NCBI GenBank assembly: GCA_001662655.1
Contig: KV460227.1
Length of the DNA: 64,000 nt
Source of the DNA: Pseudogymnoascus verrucosus
Lineage: Eukaryota
Reading direction: 5' to 3' (one strand)
A model generated the notes under the pieces. It did no database searches, was not told the origin of the DNA, and was given only the letters and a program-made list of their open reading frames with translations. Made by a program: the position numbers and the translations under genes. Position 1 is the first letter of the stretch. Each line of letters begins with the position of its first letter. This document shows positions 1 to 12,540 of the stretch, one piece after another.

Positions 1-194
1 TCTTACAGAAATTGCACTTCACTCGAACCATAGTAGATCACTTATAGGTTCGCAGACGATGTAAATGGCTCAATCCGCTGGTAGCCGGCTCTGTCTCAAT
101 ACTGTAGATAGCCGCCCGATCTTAGGGGCGATGAGATCGTTCAGTTGCCGGCGGTGAGTGGCACTTCCAAACAAATCGCAAATGTCCAACAGCG

Positions 195-660
195 CAAAGC
201 AAGATGCTGCCTTGATAATCTGCTGTGGTACCGGCAGAGCAAGTGCATATACCCATCTGTGCGGAGCACGATGCTGTCGCCCCAATTGAGTGTAGCACGA
301 GCATAGGGAGCTCATATATCCAACCATGCCAAACATAATGCTGATAGATACTCTGTGGTGATACAGCGCGAACGCCTATACCCAACTGTGATAAGTACGA
401 TGCTGCCGCCTCAATTGCGTGAGGTGGTACAGGCATAGCGCGCGCTATAGCCAACCGTGTTGAGCACGATGCTGCGGACTTAGCTAGCTGCCGTGGTGAC
501 ACTAGTAATGCGAGCAATACGGCTAACCATGCTAAGCACGATATGCCATCGATGAGCTGTTGTGTAACAGCGAAAGCAATGCAGATACCCAGCTGTGCTG
601 AGAACGATGCTGCGGCGTCGGTTGTCTGTAGCGATACTGGAAGCGATTGTAAGTAGCCAG
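195..660. repeat. Degenerate tandem repeat, unit about 62-69 bp, about 7 copies
   Basis: Core (GA)TGCTG recurs at about 203, 270, 337, 399, 468 and 606 with similar flanks. Minus-strand translations show the repeated peptide AAS..AQLGI split across frames. Confidence 0.5.
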
Positions 661-2712
661 CCTCCTTACTTACAGTATTTGCTTGGCATCGCCGATCCCG
701 ATGAACCATCATATCCCCCGCATTATCTCTCATCACCGGTGGCTCTGCTGTTTGTTCGGTGATCAGTATGCTGTCTCGCTCCAATTTGGAATACGGCAAG
801 TCACCTGCTTATACCCTGCGCATGCCAGACGGTATACGACGTGCTCCGCTCTTACTTCTCACATGCAGCGCATGCCTTCTATCTTAGAGCCCCGCTGGGG
901 CTGAGGGAATTTGCAGTATCGAAGCAGTTGCGTAGCACCCATCGGGCCCAAGGAAACGGATCGAGATCATGTATGGGAAAAATGCGAGGGGGGAGTAGGC
1001 GCCACAGAGGTCAGCATGCCACATCTTGTGTGCTGGTTGGCTACCATGGCGGTCAGACAGGAACCACATTCTCCTTGGGACGAAGCAAGGGGGGGTGGTT
1101 CCTGGAATCACCGACCTAGAACATTGCCACCACCAACCTCGCAGAGCTCAAGACAAGGCGAGAGACAGGCGCGCGCCCTTTCTAGCTTCGTAGTCGGGCG
1201 TTGGAAGCTGCCATACTCTAGTCCTACGCCGCACAGCATCATGCGAGGTCGGCGGTGTTGCCCGTCACGCTCGTGCACGTAATGGGAATGAACCCCTGTT
1301 GTGCTCTTGGGGTGATCTGGACGACGATCTAGCGGGCTAACCGCTGTAAGTGGGGGTTTCTAGCGTCCTTTTAGTGATCAAACGGGCGGGCGGGAATACC
1401 CCGCACGCCACTACCGTTTGGTAGGCGCGCAGGGCAGGGGCCCGCTCGTTCGGGGCTGAGTTGCCGGGTTGGGATAAATTGACTATGGGTAGGCAAAATA
1501 TATCGGATTATTGATTTTCTTGGCGTCTGACTGTGTCTGACTGCATAAGAGTATGACAGGACTCGAGTAGAGTGCTTTCCTGTCCTTGACGCTTCCCTCA
1601 CTTTGGGTTTTGGAATTTCGATCTGGCCAGAATCCACAGTTCCTGCAATATTGCCAGCGTACCTGTTGGGGAACGGCGTATAACCTGTCGTTTGGCGATG
1701 CTGCAACTTTCCGTGGTTCCACACGGAGATGTCGTGTTAATGTGGCGCTGCCATGGTGTCGTGGAGAATCCCCAGCATAACACAGCAGATTACGTTACCA
1801 GGATACCCATCTGTGGGTAGTACTTGAATTTGTGCCCTATTTTGTGTTGGATTTCAAACCAGATTTCAAACACTCTATGTAAGCTGTTTTAGCCTTGGGG
1901 CAAAATAGCACTCTGCTGTCAGTTCAGCTGTCAGTTCAGCCATGCCAATCAATGTGGACCGGGTCTGTCGTAGGCACTGCCGAGCTGGATCCTCTGATCC
2001 CTGGTTCTAATCATAGATCCCCATATTTCAGCGCTACTCTATGTGCAGTGCGGCATGAGCACATTCCGCCACGGGCTTTAGAGACATAGCCATCGCCTAC
2101 TCTAACTATCACGGGAAGGTCATTCCATTTCGTCTTTGCTAGTGAAAGAGAAGCATCAGCAGCCCCGTTTGATCAGCAAAAGTAGGATTACTAACGCAAT
2201 GCGTTGGCGGGATTGCCGATCCTAGTTAGTGGGCTCTGTATGTCCAATTCCCAGCGTTGTCGAAGTGGAGGGGCGGAAGTGGCTTGGCCATGCACATAAT
2301 GGGAGAGTTGAAGCGAATGTAACACATATTTATAGAAGCACCTGTAAGCAACCTCCAACACCACCACCAATGTCAATGCTGGTACCAACACAAGTGTGTA
2401 TCGGATGTGGCAGGCGAGCGAAAAGAATGTAGCGATCGATTAGCCGGTACTTATGCATAAGCACCTTGCGCACCGTGTGGTGTGGTGTACAAGGGCTGGG
2501 CACTTGCAGGGATGCGAATTAAAAGCACCCTTCATCGCCTTTATGATAAAGCACTGGACATTTCCTGCCCCTTCACTCAACTGTCACCTTGCTCATCCAT
2601 CCCATTCATCCTTCAGACCCTTCATGGGAGTAATCATTCCCCTTAAACAACCCATATAAAAAATCTTTTCGAACTCTTCAACTTTTGCACTGCAGTCTCT
2701 CTCGAAGTAATC

Positions 2713-4212
2713 ATGGGTTCTTGCATCAGTGGGATCCCCGGGAGGGTAAAAGCCCACAAACAGGATGAGAAGAACTTCTTGGAGGCTTATCCAAAATACA
2801 AGGCCACTTCGCACATTGACGAAGTCCGCCGGTCTGAGTACCCCATTCTCGATCTCCAGGGCCACATTTACCTCGATTATACTGGTGCTGGGCTATACTC
2901 CAGCAGACAGCTCCGCCATCACCAGAATCTTCTCGGTACCAACATATTTGGGAACCCGCATTCGCTCAACCCAACATCAAGCGCCATGACAGAGTTGGAT
3001 GAGTATGCCCGTGCCTGTGTCCTCCAATATTTCAAGGCGTCACCTGAGGAGTACTGCGTGATTTTCACTGCCAACGCATCTGGCGCGTTGAAACTTGTCG
3101 GAGAGGCATTCCCATTCGACTCCAGGAGCGAGTACATCCTGTTTATGGACAACCACAACTCCGTTCAGGGTATCCGCGAGTTCGCACGCGCAAAGGGCGC
3201 CAAAACCACCTATGTCCCACTGACATCCGACCTCCGTGTGAGCGATATTGCCTTGAAGGAAGCTCTTAAACCCAAGTTTGATGGCCCTGTCGGTCCTCGA
3301 CTCTTCGCCTACCCCGCTCAGTCCAACTTCAGCGGTGTTCAGCACCCACTCGAGTGGATCGCCACTGCCCAAGCTCAGGGTTGCCTCGTCTGTCTCGATG
3401 CCGCCGCCTATGTACCGACTAACCGCCTCGACCTCTCGGTATGGCACCCCGACTTTGTACCAATATCTTTCTACAAGATGTTCGGTTACCCAACCGGCGT
3501 CGGGTGTCTGATTGCACGCAAGGATTCCCTGCTGAAATTGAAGCGTCCAGCGTTTGCTGGTGGAACCGTTTGGGGAAGCTCGGCCCTGGGCGATGGCCAC
3601 GTCCTCCTTGACCACCACGAGGGCTTTGAAGATGGCACAATCAACTTCTTGAACCTTCCAGCCGTTCACATCGGCCTCCGTCAACTCAAGGACGTCGGCA
3701 GGGATGCTGTCCATCTTCGCGTCATGTGCCTTACCGACTGGCTCCTCAAAGAGATGCTCGCGCTCTGCCATCAGTCTGGGCTCCCACTGATCAGGTTCTA
3801 TGGTCCGACAGACGTATATATGCGCGGCGGAACAATTGCGTTCAACTATATCGACGCAAACGGTGACGTGGTTGACGAGCGCATAGTTGAGCAGCGTGGA
3901 AACAAGATTAATTTGTCCTTGCGCTCTGGGTGTTTCTGCAACCCTGGCGCCAGTGAGGCTGCGTTCAACCTGGAAAAAGAGTCGCTTCTCGAGGCGTTTG
4001 AGAGCGCATGGCAACACGAGGCTGCGCACGGCAAGCGGAAGAAGTGGGATGATTTCCTGGCTGACATCGGCATCTCTACTTCTGGCGCCCTCCGCATCTC
4101 GGTAGGCCTCATGTCCAACTTCAAAGATGTGCACAGATTTCTGGAGTTCTCTCGGACGTTCCTTGATACGGTGCCGACAGGAAGTAACCTGGCAATGCGC
4201 TTGCATTGCTAG
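2713..4212 (+). CDS. PLP-dependent class V aminotransferase, molybdenum cofactor sulfurase-like (NifS-like domain only, no MOSC)
   Basis: Intronless 499 aa ORF with YLDYTGAG, GNPHS, FTANASGALKLVGE, DNHNSV, LDAAAY, SFYKMFGYPTGVG (PLP lysine) and RSGCFCNPG. Confidence 0.85.
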   Translation: MGSCISGIPGRVKAHKQDEKNFLEAYPKYKATSHIDEVRRSEYPILDLQGHIYLDYTGAGLYSSRQLRHHQNLLGTNIFGNPHSLNPTSSAMTELDEYARACVLQYFKASPEEYCVIFTANASGALKLVGEAFPFDSRSEYILFMDNHNSVQGIREFARAKGAKTTYVPLTSDLRVSDIALKEALKPKFDGPVGPRLFAYPAQSNFSGVQHPLEWIATAQAQGCLVCLDAAAYVPTNRLDLSVWHPDFVPISFYKMFGYPTGVGCLIARKDSLLKLKRPAFAGGTVWGSSALGDGHVLLDHHEGFEDGTINFLNLPAVHIGLRQLKDVGRDAVHLRVMCLTDWLLKEMLALCHQSGLPLIRFYGPTDVYMRGGTIAFNYIDANGDVVDERIVEQRGNKINLSLRSGCFCNPGASEAAFNLEKESLLEAFESAWQHEAAHGKRKKWDDFLADIGISTSGALRISVGLMSNFKDVHRFLEFSRTFLDTVPTGSNLAMRLHC

Positions 4213-5126
4213 ACCATCTTGGGGTTGAGTGAGGGCTGTACATAGGAGCTGTGAAGCACAGTCACTTTTTTTTTAGGAAGGGTTCCAAGGTTCGAAGGAT
4301 TGTTAGGTACGATTCTCCAAATAGCAAACAACTCTTTGACAAAATGAAAACTTACCAACCTACAGGATAGATGAAGCTGTTGGCGAAAAGTTCGGTCTGT
4401 TTTTGGGTTGTTTGGGGGGAACTAGTTAGGAGCATAACTATGCGTACGTGTAGTGACAGACCAATAAGAGGAGGCCAGGGTAAATAGAGGGTTGAAATGC
4501 GAGCGGGAGTTGATGGTGTTGATGGTGTTGATGGAGTTCAGTTCAGGTAAAGGGCGACAATGACGATACCAGAAAGATGTCGAAAGCGCCTCGCCATATA
4601 GAAAGCAACACAAAGTCATTTGATACGTAGAAACCGGTTTAGCCGCCAAATAATTGATAAAAATTAATCCACAAAGAAATTCAAATATTTATTTTCCACA
4701 AAAGGGCATCCATTGACAGGTCAGTAGCTGAGATGGATGATGGATGCAGTTTGAGGAGGGAGGGATCAGTCCGCTAAGCCACAATCGCGCTTACCCACCC
4801 AAATCCTGCGACAGCCAAGAGAAAACCGCGTACACCAACTACTTACGTGCGTAGGCCACGCGTCAAAGTGGTAGTTTGAGGAAATCAAAGATATATTGGT
4901 CTATATCTCACCGTGATAATTGAAGAGGGGGGTGAACCAGATAAATAATGAATACCCCCAATCCAACTTCCAATACAACCTCAGTCTCCTACCCCATATA
5001 TACCAGTACACCAGTACTCCTACCACCCATAAACTCTCCTGTACTACAATCCAAGCAACCTCACCCCCACCACGACGACCATCCACCTCAAACCCACACA
5101 ATCTCACACCCCAAACCGCATACACT

Positions 5127-5639
5127 ATGCAAATCCCCCTCCTCACCACCGCCTCCCTCTCCCTCCTCCTCGCCGTCGCAGCCGCAACTCCCCTCTCCCC
5201 CACCACCACCCCATCCGCCGACGACTCCTCCACTCCCCCAAAACCCCGCCTAGTCGCCGGACTACAAGGCAACAGCATGGCCCTAGCAGGCGCAGCAGCT
5301 GGTGTCGGAGCTGCAGGCGCAGCATGCGCGTGTTGTCGGAAGAAGCCCGCGAGAGGCGAGAAGCGGTATCGTGCGGGGCAGGATGAGAGTGGGTGTGGTG
5401 CGGCGCAGCGGAGGAGGAAGGCGGAGGATGTGGAGGAGGTTGTTGGGGGGGGAGTGGATGGGGAGGAGGTGCGGGGAGGAGGGGCGGAGGATGGGTTTAG
5501 GCATGCGGAGAGGGGGGAAAGGGTGAGTGAGATGCCGGAGACGCCGCCGCCGAGTTATGCGAGGTTGGCGGGGGGAGGAGAGGAAATTGAGTTGGAGGCG
5601 AGGCCGGTGGGGAAGGGGGGGGTTTTGAAGGAGGCTTAA
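5127..5639 (+). CDS. Small putative secreted or membrane-anchored hypothetical protein (170 aa)
   Basis: ATG at 5127. Signal-peptide-like MQIPLLTTASLSLLLAVAAA, Pro/Thr-rich segment, Ala/Gly hydrophobic stretch followed by CACCRKK, and a PPPSY motif. Confidence 0.55.
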   Translation: MQIPLLTTASLSLLLAVAAATPLSPTTTPSADDSSTPPKPRLVAGLQGNSMALAGAAAGVGAAGAACACCRKKPARGEKRYRAGQDESGCGAAQRRRKAEDVEEVVGGGVDGEEVRGGGAEDGFRHAERGERVSEMPETPPPSYARLAGGGEEIELEARPVGKGGVLKEA

Positions 5640-5855
5640 AGGGGGGGGGTTGGGGTGAGGGAGGTTGACTTATGATGTTTACATACTGTAGCGTTCGTTG
5701 TTGGCGTGGGTTGTTTTTTTGCCATTTTTATATATCGTTATTTATTTTTTGGGCTTGATATAGCTAAAACAAATTAATGCTAGCAGTTTCATATTATAAT
5801 CTCAGTCGATATTCTATTTACAGCGTCTAAAAATCCTTACTTGCACTCTTCAGTA

Positions 5856-7110
5856 CTAGTAGTTCGGCGGCGTGATTCGTCCAGTACCAAGGCTGCAAGT
5901 CCAGATACCTGGTGATAAACAATGTCCGTGTATGATCCAGTACCCAAGCTCTCCAGAAAAACCGAGTTCCTCGTGGATTGGGAGCTGCTTAGGTATTGAT
6001 CTCCAGAATTTCCGGATCATAGCAAGTCCGGGATGGCGCATTATAACTTGAGTTTTATCCATCTTATCCACCAGCTTACTTTCGAGGTCAGCAGCCCTAT
6101 CGTAAGGAAGGGTGAGTTCGAATTTCTGTAGCTGCCCACCAAACTCCCTAGCAATTCGATCTGGCGGGTCCAAGAGAATGAATTGAGGCGGTTTCGTTTG
6201 GGACGCAGCCATGATTTCGTCGGGGAACCATCTCCGCCCATCTCTGTTGTCAACAATAACAAGGACGAGTTTTTGTAGACTCTGGAAGGTTGATTTGTTA
6301 ATCATTGACATCAAGTCCTTGAAGACCTTCCAACGTTTAAGCTTGACTTTGTCAACATCCTCGCTACGGACCCATGGTATTACATCCGGAGAAGTGTCAA
6401 GATCCCACATGAATTCTAAAGACGTCATCATTGCTAAATTCTGCAGCGGTAGTATCCTTAAGATATGGCTGCTGAACGGAACGCTGTGAATATATATTGT
6501 GTTGTCCGAGTATAAAATTGGGAGTATTTCAGTGTACCTAGCGAAGGAATTAATAAAAATAAACACAAGCATAAGCATAATGAGATTGATAATGGGATGG
6601 ATAGACACACGCTTGGCGACACGACACCATCCATCCCATCACACCCACGTAACAATCATTGCGCGGTCCCGTTTCATCAGCCCGACAATAACCGTCGTTC
6701 CAGTAGCAGGCGCCGATGCTACAGTGGTCCAACCATAGGTCATGTTGGTGATACGGATTCCGATGGCAGACACAGCTCCACCAGAGCCATGACTTTGGAA
6801 TTGACACATCAAAAAGATTGTCTTCGCCATTGAGTCCTGCGTGCAAGGAACCAGGAATGTGTGGGTGTCTGTATTGAAGATCCATGTGGAGAGTTCGGTT
6901 TCCAAAGGCAGCCAGATATATTGTGCGGCGGATTTCCAAGGGCAGTTTCTGGAAGAATGGGCTCAGAGATGGAAACGGATCAAAACACAAATCCCGGTAT
7001 GACTCGGGGAGAACTGGAAGTCCCTTGGGAATGCCTGGCTCTTTCTCTTTTGTATATTTGCTTCGAGCGTGACGGAACTTCCGCTGAAGCCAAGGTGCTA
7101 GAGCAGACAT
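5856..7110 (-). CDS. DUF7730-like / F-box-like fungal protein, 2 exons
   Basis: SPFFQKLPLEIRRTIY motif. GT-AG intron 6610-6538 joins SCRQA to YTEILPILYSDNT, a motif typical of this family. Confidence 0.7.
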
Positions 7111-7575
7111 GCTGCAAGACTGCGAGATCAATGCGGATCTTTGTATTCGATATTTATTGGTATTTCTAGCATGGGCTTATTAAGTAAACTTTAGACGTTG
7201 TGTGGAAGGAAGTGTAGTTGGAGGAGGATGGATCAAAGTGCTTAAATAGGTAACCAGTTTAAGCGACTAGCCCCTCGCCCAGTATTCTTGGCATAGAGCA
7301 GCTTTGTTGTATAAAATTTAAGCTCGAGTTCATTTTCTAGTAAATGGCCCATTAAAAAATAATATAATTATGATATAAGAATTATACCCATAAATAATTG
7401 AGCGCCTTCATCCCAATAACAGTTACTATAAGCACTTTATATTGTGCATAGTCAGTCCCTCTTTAGACTCTTTATGTAGCTTCAGTATCTTTCTTCTTCG
7501 GTATATTCATCAGTCATCAAATCAAATCGTTGGCGCGAATAAACGTCAACCCCCCAAAACTCCAGTCACACCCAT

Positions 7576-9255
7576 CTACAGTGACACGCTCAGTTCAATA
7601 TGCGACTCCACCGCGTCGGCCAACAAATACGCCTGCTTAATCCCCATCCGATCCCCCACCATCCTCAGATTCCTCACCACAAACCTCCTAATCTCATCCG
7701 ACGCCGTATCATTAATCCCCACAAACCACAGAGGCCAGATCAAGAACAACGCGCCCGAGATCTTCGCAAGCGGCTTCTCTTCTCCTGGCCGGTCGCGGAA
7801 ATCCGACCACACCGTACGCACAGGTGAGTTGGTACTGGCACCACTACCCCCGCGATCGGGTATGGCATCGGTGTGCTGTGGGACGCTGTATAGGATCCCT
7901 TCTTGGGCCTCGTACATGGCGGCGATAGATTTTAGCCGCTGAGCTTCGAACTCGGGGCCGGTGAGGGGGGTGTGGAGGGGCAACGACTCAGTGGCGCCCG
8001 AGGTGGGAACGTCGCGGACAGTGGCACCCGGGGTGAGCAAGTCGCGGACGATCTCGTTGAGCATGAAACGGACGATGCGGAGGGCGTTCCATGACTGGGA
8101 GACTATGTAGTCGGTGTTGATGTGGTAGCGGCCATTGTAGATGAAATCCGGCGCGGCGTCCGTGAATACGGTGTGGATGCGCCAGTGCTCAGGGGGGTTG
8201 TTGGACAGGTTCTCTAGAATAGTGTCTAATTCGATACACCGGACGTATATGACTAGTGGGTCCGTTTCGTGACAATGGACGACGTCGGAGCGCAACTTGG
8301 CGAATTTAATCATGCACTCCAGGACGAGGAAGGCGGATTCATTGGACTGGATGTTGTTGACCAAGTCCTTGGTGCGTACAGTGTTGATAGCGGTGAAGAT
8401 CAGTTCGGCGATGTCGTCTGGGACCGGATCAGCCTTTTGGACGCACGAGATCAGCAGGTTCGAGGTGACCTGGAGCAGCATGCGGCGGCCAGATATGGAC
8501 TCGATTCCCTTGTGGCCGCGCACTTTGACGACGTCGCAGGCGCCCATAACGTGGGCGACCCAGTCGCGGAGGGAACGTAGCGAGCCGCCGGTGACCGACT
8601 CGAATATGCCGAGGATGATGATCGTGAGGAGTGTGGCATCCTTCTTTGCGGTGCTGGGATCACGCAGGGCGGCGTTCGTGTGCTGGATCGCCTTGATGTA
8701 TTGGCAGCGCGCGTTCTTGATAAGATAAGGAGAGCGTGTGGTGTGAGCAAAGCCGGCGAGGCCCACAGCCTTCATGCTGGAGAGGAGCCCTTCATCGAGA
8801 CTGTCCTTTCTGAAGACATCTGTGAGGTAGTCTAGATGACCACGAGTGTAGCCATCAAGCGCATAAACGTAGTTGGCTACAAAGAGTCCCGTTGCGCGCT
8901 CCTCAACGCTAGGGACCAATGAGAAGTGCTGCAGCGGGGTGGCCTGGGCAACGACCTCCATACCATCTTCGGACGGATCGCTGTCATCGTCGGCTGTGGC
9001 GTTAGGCGTTTGTGGGGTAGATGATTGAGGGCTTGATCTCAATGCGGCTTGCTTCGCGCGCACCTCGCCTGCCTTAGCCTTGCGGATCACATTGATAGTG
9101 ACGTCCTTGAAGAGCACATCTCCCATGGCGCGGTACCCGGGACACATGCGCTTTGCATTTGTGCACTGGGTGCAGCCGTCTGGCAGCTTGTCACAGCGGG
9201 TGCGGCGCTCTCGGCAGGCGTGACATGCCCCTGAGGGTTTACCGCAGTAGACCAT
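7576..9255 (-). CDS. Zn(II)2Cys6 fungal transcription factor (559 aa)
   Basis: N-terminal CHACRERRTRCDKLPDGCTQCTNAKRMC binuclear cluster followed by a fungal TF middle region; intact ORF. Confidence 0.92.
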   Translation of the reverse strand: MVYCGKPSGACHACRERRTRCDKLPDGCTQCTNAKRMCPGYRAMGDVLFKDVTINVIRKAKAGEVRAKQAALRSSPQSSTPQTPNATADDDSDPSEDGMEVVAQATPLQHFSLVPSVEERATGLFVANYVYALDGYTRGHLDYLTDVFRKDSLDEGLLSSMKAVGLAGFAHTTRSPYLIKNARCQYIKAIQHTNAALRDPSTAKKDATLLTIIILGIFESVTGGSLRSLRDWVAHVMGACDVVKVRGHKGIESISGRRMLLQVTSNLLISCVQKADPVPDDIAELIFTAINTVRTKDLVNNIQSNESAFLVLECMIKFAKLRSDVVHCHETDPLVIYVRCIELDTILENLSNNPPEHWRIHTVFTDAAPDFIYNGRYHINTDYIVSQSWNALRIVRFMLNEIVRDLLTPGATVRDVPTSGATESLPLHTPLTGPEFEAQRLKSIAAMYEAQEGILYSVPQHTDAIPDRGGSGASTNSPVRTVWSDFRDRPGEEKPLAKISGALFLIWPLWFVGINDTASDEIRRFVVRNLRMVGDRMGIKQAYLLADAVESHIELSVSL

Positions 9256-9813
9256 TGTGGCGTACTGTGGTTGTTGTACTGGTGTTGTACTGCAGCGGCT
9301 CCTTTGAGATCCCTCTTTCCTTAATCTCCTTCTTAGATCCTTGCCTCCTCACTATAGTTTCCCGTGCGGTTGATACTTCTGTTCTCGGCCTCTTTCTTGC
9401 TTGACACTGCTGTCCTTACTCCCTGCTCGAAGTTTCAGTTCTCAGTCTCCCTATTCCTTGACACAGTGCTTCTGTTCTTACCCCTCCCCTCTTCGTTGAA
9501 TCCTCCCTAATACAGCTGACACCTTTGGCCGCACTCAGGAAATGAGCACGAACTGGGGCATGGCTCTGGTACTCCGGGTTCAGCCTCTGGGCAATCCAGT
9601 CTCAAGAAGGAAATAAAGGTAGTTATGAGATCTTATTCGACACACTGCACTGTAGAGTAAAGGGCTTGGCCGCGTGGCTTGGCGTGTCGATGGTGACGAG
9701 GAGGGGATATGTTGACCCTGGATTTTCAGGCCATGACTAGCGCTTATCTCTTGGACCCTCAGCCGCCCAAACCGTCACAAAGCTTATCCGGCGCCAATCA
9801 ACCCAAGGAATCA

Positions 9814-9969
9814 CGCTAAACCGTATTTGGGGTACCATGAAGTTGTAAGCTGTGCAAAAATCCACTTCGCTAGTCTAAACTAGTCCACATTAGGCTACAC
9901 TAACCCCAGTAGCTCCTGCCCTGCCACAAAACTCAACAATTACCGCTAAACCGTATTTAGGTCACCATG
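9814..9969. promoter_or_regulatory. Duplicated 26-bp element in the divergent TF/MFS intergenic region
   Basis: cgctaaaccgtatttggggtaccatg (9814-9839) and cgctaaaccgtatttaggtcaccatg (9944-9969), 23/26 identical, each with a CCG triplet. Confidence 0.45.
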
Positions 9970-10540
9970 TCGTCGGCCTTTTCGCGCTTTGTATCCAGAA
10001 CAGGAAATTTGATGCGTTGCGGACGATTTATATGTGCGTCTTACATATTACATATTTCTTAATTTCTCCTTTTTCTTTGCCACGATTAAACGGGTTTCAC
10101 TGGGCATTCCGTAGGGCTTTGATATTGGATGATTCATACCCTTAGCTCTCCACCCAAAGATCCTTCTGGCGTCGTAATGAGTTGCGTTCTCCCTGTCACC
10201 GCCGCATCTGTCTCGTCCCTGTCTCCGCTCTCCGTGAGGCTGTGGCGGAGTTAGATGAGCCGCTGTTGATAGCTGGCTGCCCGGCACTTGTATATAACCC
10301 GAGGCCGTCACCATGTTCTTCTCTCGCTGTTGGCAAGATAAATCATAAACACATTTGTACACTCTACATACATCATTATCATTGCTGTGCGGCTTAACGG
10401 CTCGCCCTTTTATAAGATCAGGGTTACCATCTGTGTGTTCTCGCTGCTGGTTCTTTGACAATTAACCTCGCACTTTAAGTGCTCGATCGAGTCCCCTCAG
10501 CACTTTCTGTTTGTCGCCGGCGTGCGAGTAAAGATCGAAT

Positions 10541-12540
10541 ATGGCGTACTTGGCGTATAAATGGTACAAGAACAGGAAGAATAAACTGCCTGTCGAGTCG
10601 AGCGAGCCGGACACCAGCGAGCCCAGTTATCCCACTGAGCCAAGCAAGCTCTACGAACCCACCAAGCCCACCAAAGCCAGCAAACCAACCAAGTCCGAGA
10701 AAAAGCGTGATTGCATCCACCGTCGCGGTGTCAGCCAGATCTCAGAGTCGGCGATGGAGCTCACAGCCCACCCCGACGGCGCGCCAGAAGTCCACGAAAA
10801 GACGGACTTGGTCGATAACTCATCTCCCTGTGCGGAGTGCAAGGAGGCCAAACGAGCCGCGAGGATATACCGGTGGCGCATTATATCAGGTCTTTTCGTG
10901 CCCTTCCTAGTCCAGTCTCTCGATGTCACAATCATCGCCGGCGCACTTCCCTTCATAGCATCTGATTTCAGTAAGCCCCTCCCATCGCTCCCCCACTTTC
11001 ACGGAACAATTCCTAACACTCCACAGATCAACTCGCGCAACTCAACTGGATCGTCTCAGCCTTCAACCTCACCTCCGCTTGCTTCATCCCCTCCTGGGGC
11101 CAACTCGCCGACGTCTTCGGCCGCTACTACGCCATGCAATTTTCCCTCATCTTCATGGTCATCGGCAGCGTGCTCTGCGCCGCCGCGCCGGTGACCTCCT
11201 TCCCCATGCTGCTCGTCGGGCGCGCACTCCAGGGCATTGGCTGTGCGGGCATGCTCATCAACACCAAGGTCATCTTAGCAGACAAAGTGACGCTAGAAGA
11301 GAACGCCAAAAACAATACTATCTTCACGATCGTCGGGGGCGTAGGATACGGCATCGGGCCCGTGGTAGGGGGATACCTGACGCAAGTCAGCTGGAGATGG
11401 TGTTTCATCATTAATATTCCCTTGGGACTCATTGGGATGGTTCTCGTGCATTTCGTGCTGCGGCCTGAGCTCCTCGGCCCGCAGGAGATAAAGCGGGTTG
11501 ACGGAGTGACAGACGTCAATATCGAGCAGACCTTCAAAGCGCGACTCCTCACCATCGACTATGGCGGGCAGATCCTGTTCCTCTTCGGACTTGGGCTTCT
11601 CGTCCTGGCGCTCACATGGGCTGGGTCTTCCTACGCCTGGAACTCCGTCCAAATCCTCGCCCCACTCATCATCGGTGTCGCACTCCTTGCCGCCTTCATC
11701 GTCTGGGAATATCTCATGCTCCCCGGTCACTTCCTGTCGCGGCGCAACCCGACTCGGAAGGCCATGCTCCCCTTCAAGCTTCTCGTTGCACGCAACGTCA
11801 GCATCCTGATGTACATCTCCTTCCTAACCGGCATGGCCATGTACGCCGTCTTCTACTTCGTGGATCTCTATTTCGCGCTGGTGCACGGCAAGGACTCGGG
11901 CGAGTCTGGGGTGAACCTTCTGTACTATCTCCCCGGCCTCGCCGCGGGTTCATACATGGCCATGTTCGCGTGTAACGTGTGGCCGCTGCAGACGTTCGCC
12001 ACGCTCTTCCTTGGCGTTGTGCTTGAGCCGCTTGGGCTCACGCTCATAGCTCTCGCGCTCGACAAGGAGGGCATGCCGTTCATCATCGGTATGCTGGTGC
12101 TGACGGGTGTGGGAACCGGGGTGCGCTTCATGCCTGGGACGCTGCATGGTATCGGGTACTACCCGCGCCAGATTGCGTCGATAGTGAGTTTGATGTCGTT
12201 GATGGTCTCGTTGGGTGGCACGATCGCGACGACGCTGATGTTGAATATCTTCAACAACACGCTGAGTCAGGGGGGTATCAATTTTAGCTCTGCGGGGTCG
12301 AGTAGTTTCGATGCGATTGCGGGGCTGGGCCCGGTGGAGCAGGAGTATATAAGGGGTAAGGCGAAGAGGGGGATTGTGCTTGCGTTTTATGCGTTGAGTA
12401 GTTTTGGGTGGCTGGGATTGATTTTCACGCTGGCGCTGGGGAATGTGACGATTGGGAAGAAGGGGAAGGCGGATAAGGTTGTTAAGGGGAGTTATTTGGG
12501 GAGTTTGTTTAGGGGGGAGAAGCCGAGCGAGGTGGAGTAG
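10541..12540 (+). CDS. MFS multidrug-type transporter (DHA2 / 14-TMS-like), 2 exons
   Basis: Intron 10971-11026 gives QSLDVTIIAGALPFIASDF-NQLAQLNWIVSAFNLT...WGQLADVFGR. Also GRALQGIG and GPVVGGYLTQVSWRWCFIINIPLG, with many TM segments. Confidence 0.9.

Noticed and set aside
3040..4206. 388 aa minus-strand ORF
   Set aside because: Antisense shadow of the PLP enzyme.
7576..12540. TF and MFS as part of the PKS cluster
   Set aside because: About 25 kb away and separated by housekeeping genes (cnaA, Mmc1-like); outside the repeat-bounded cassette.
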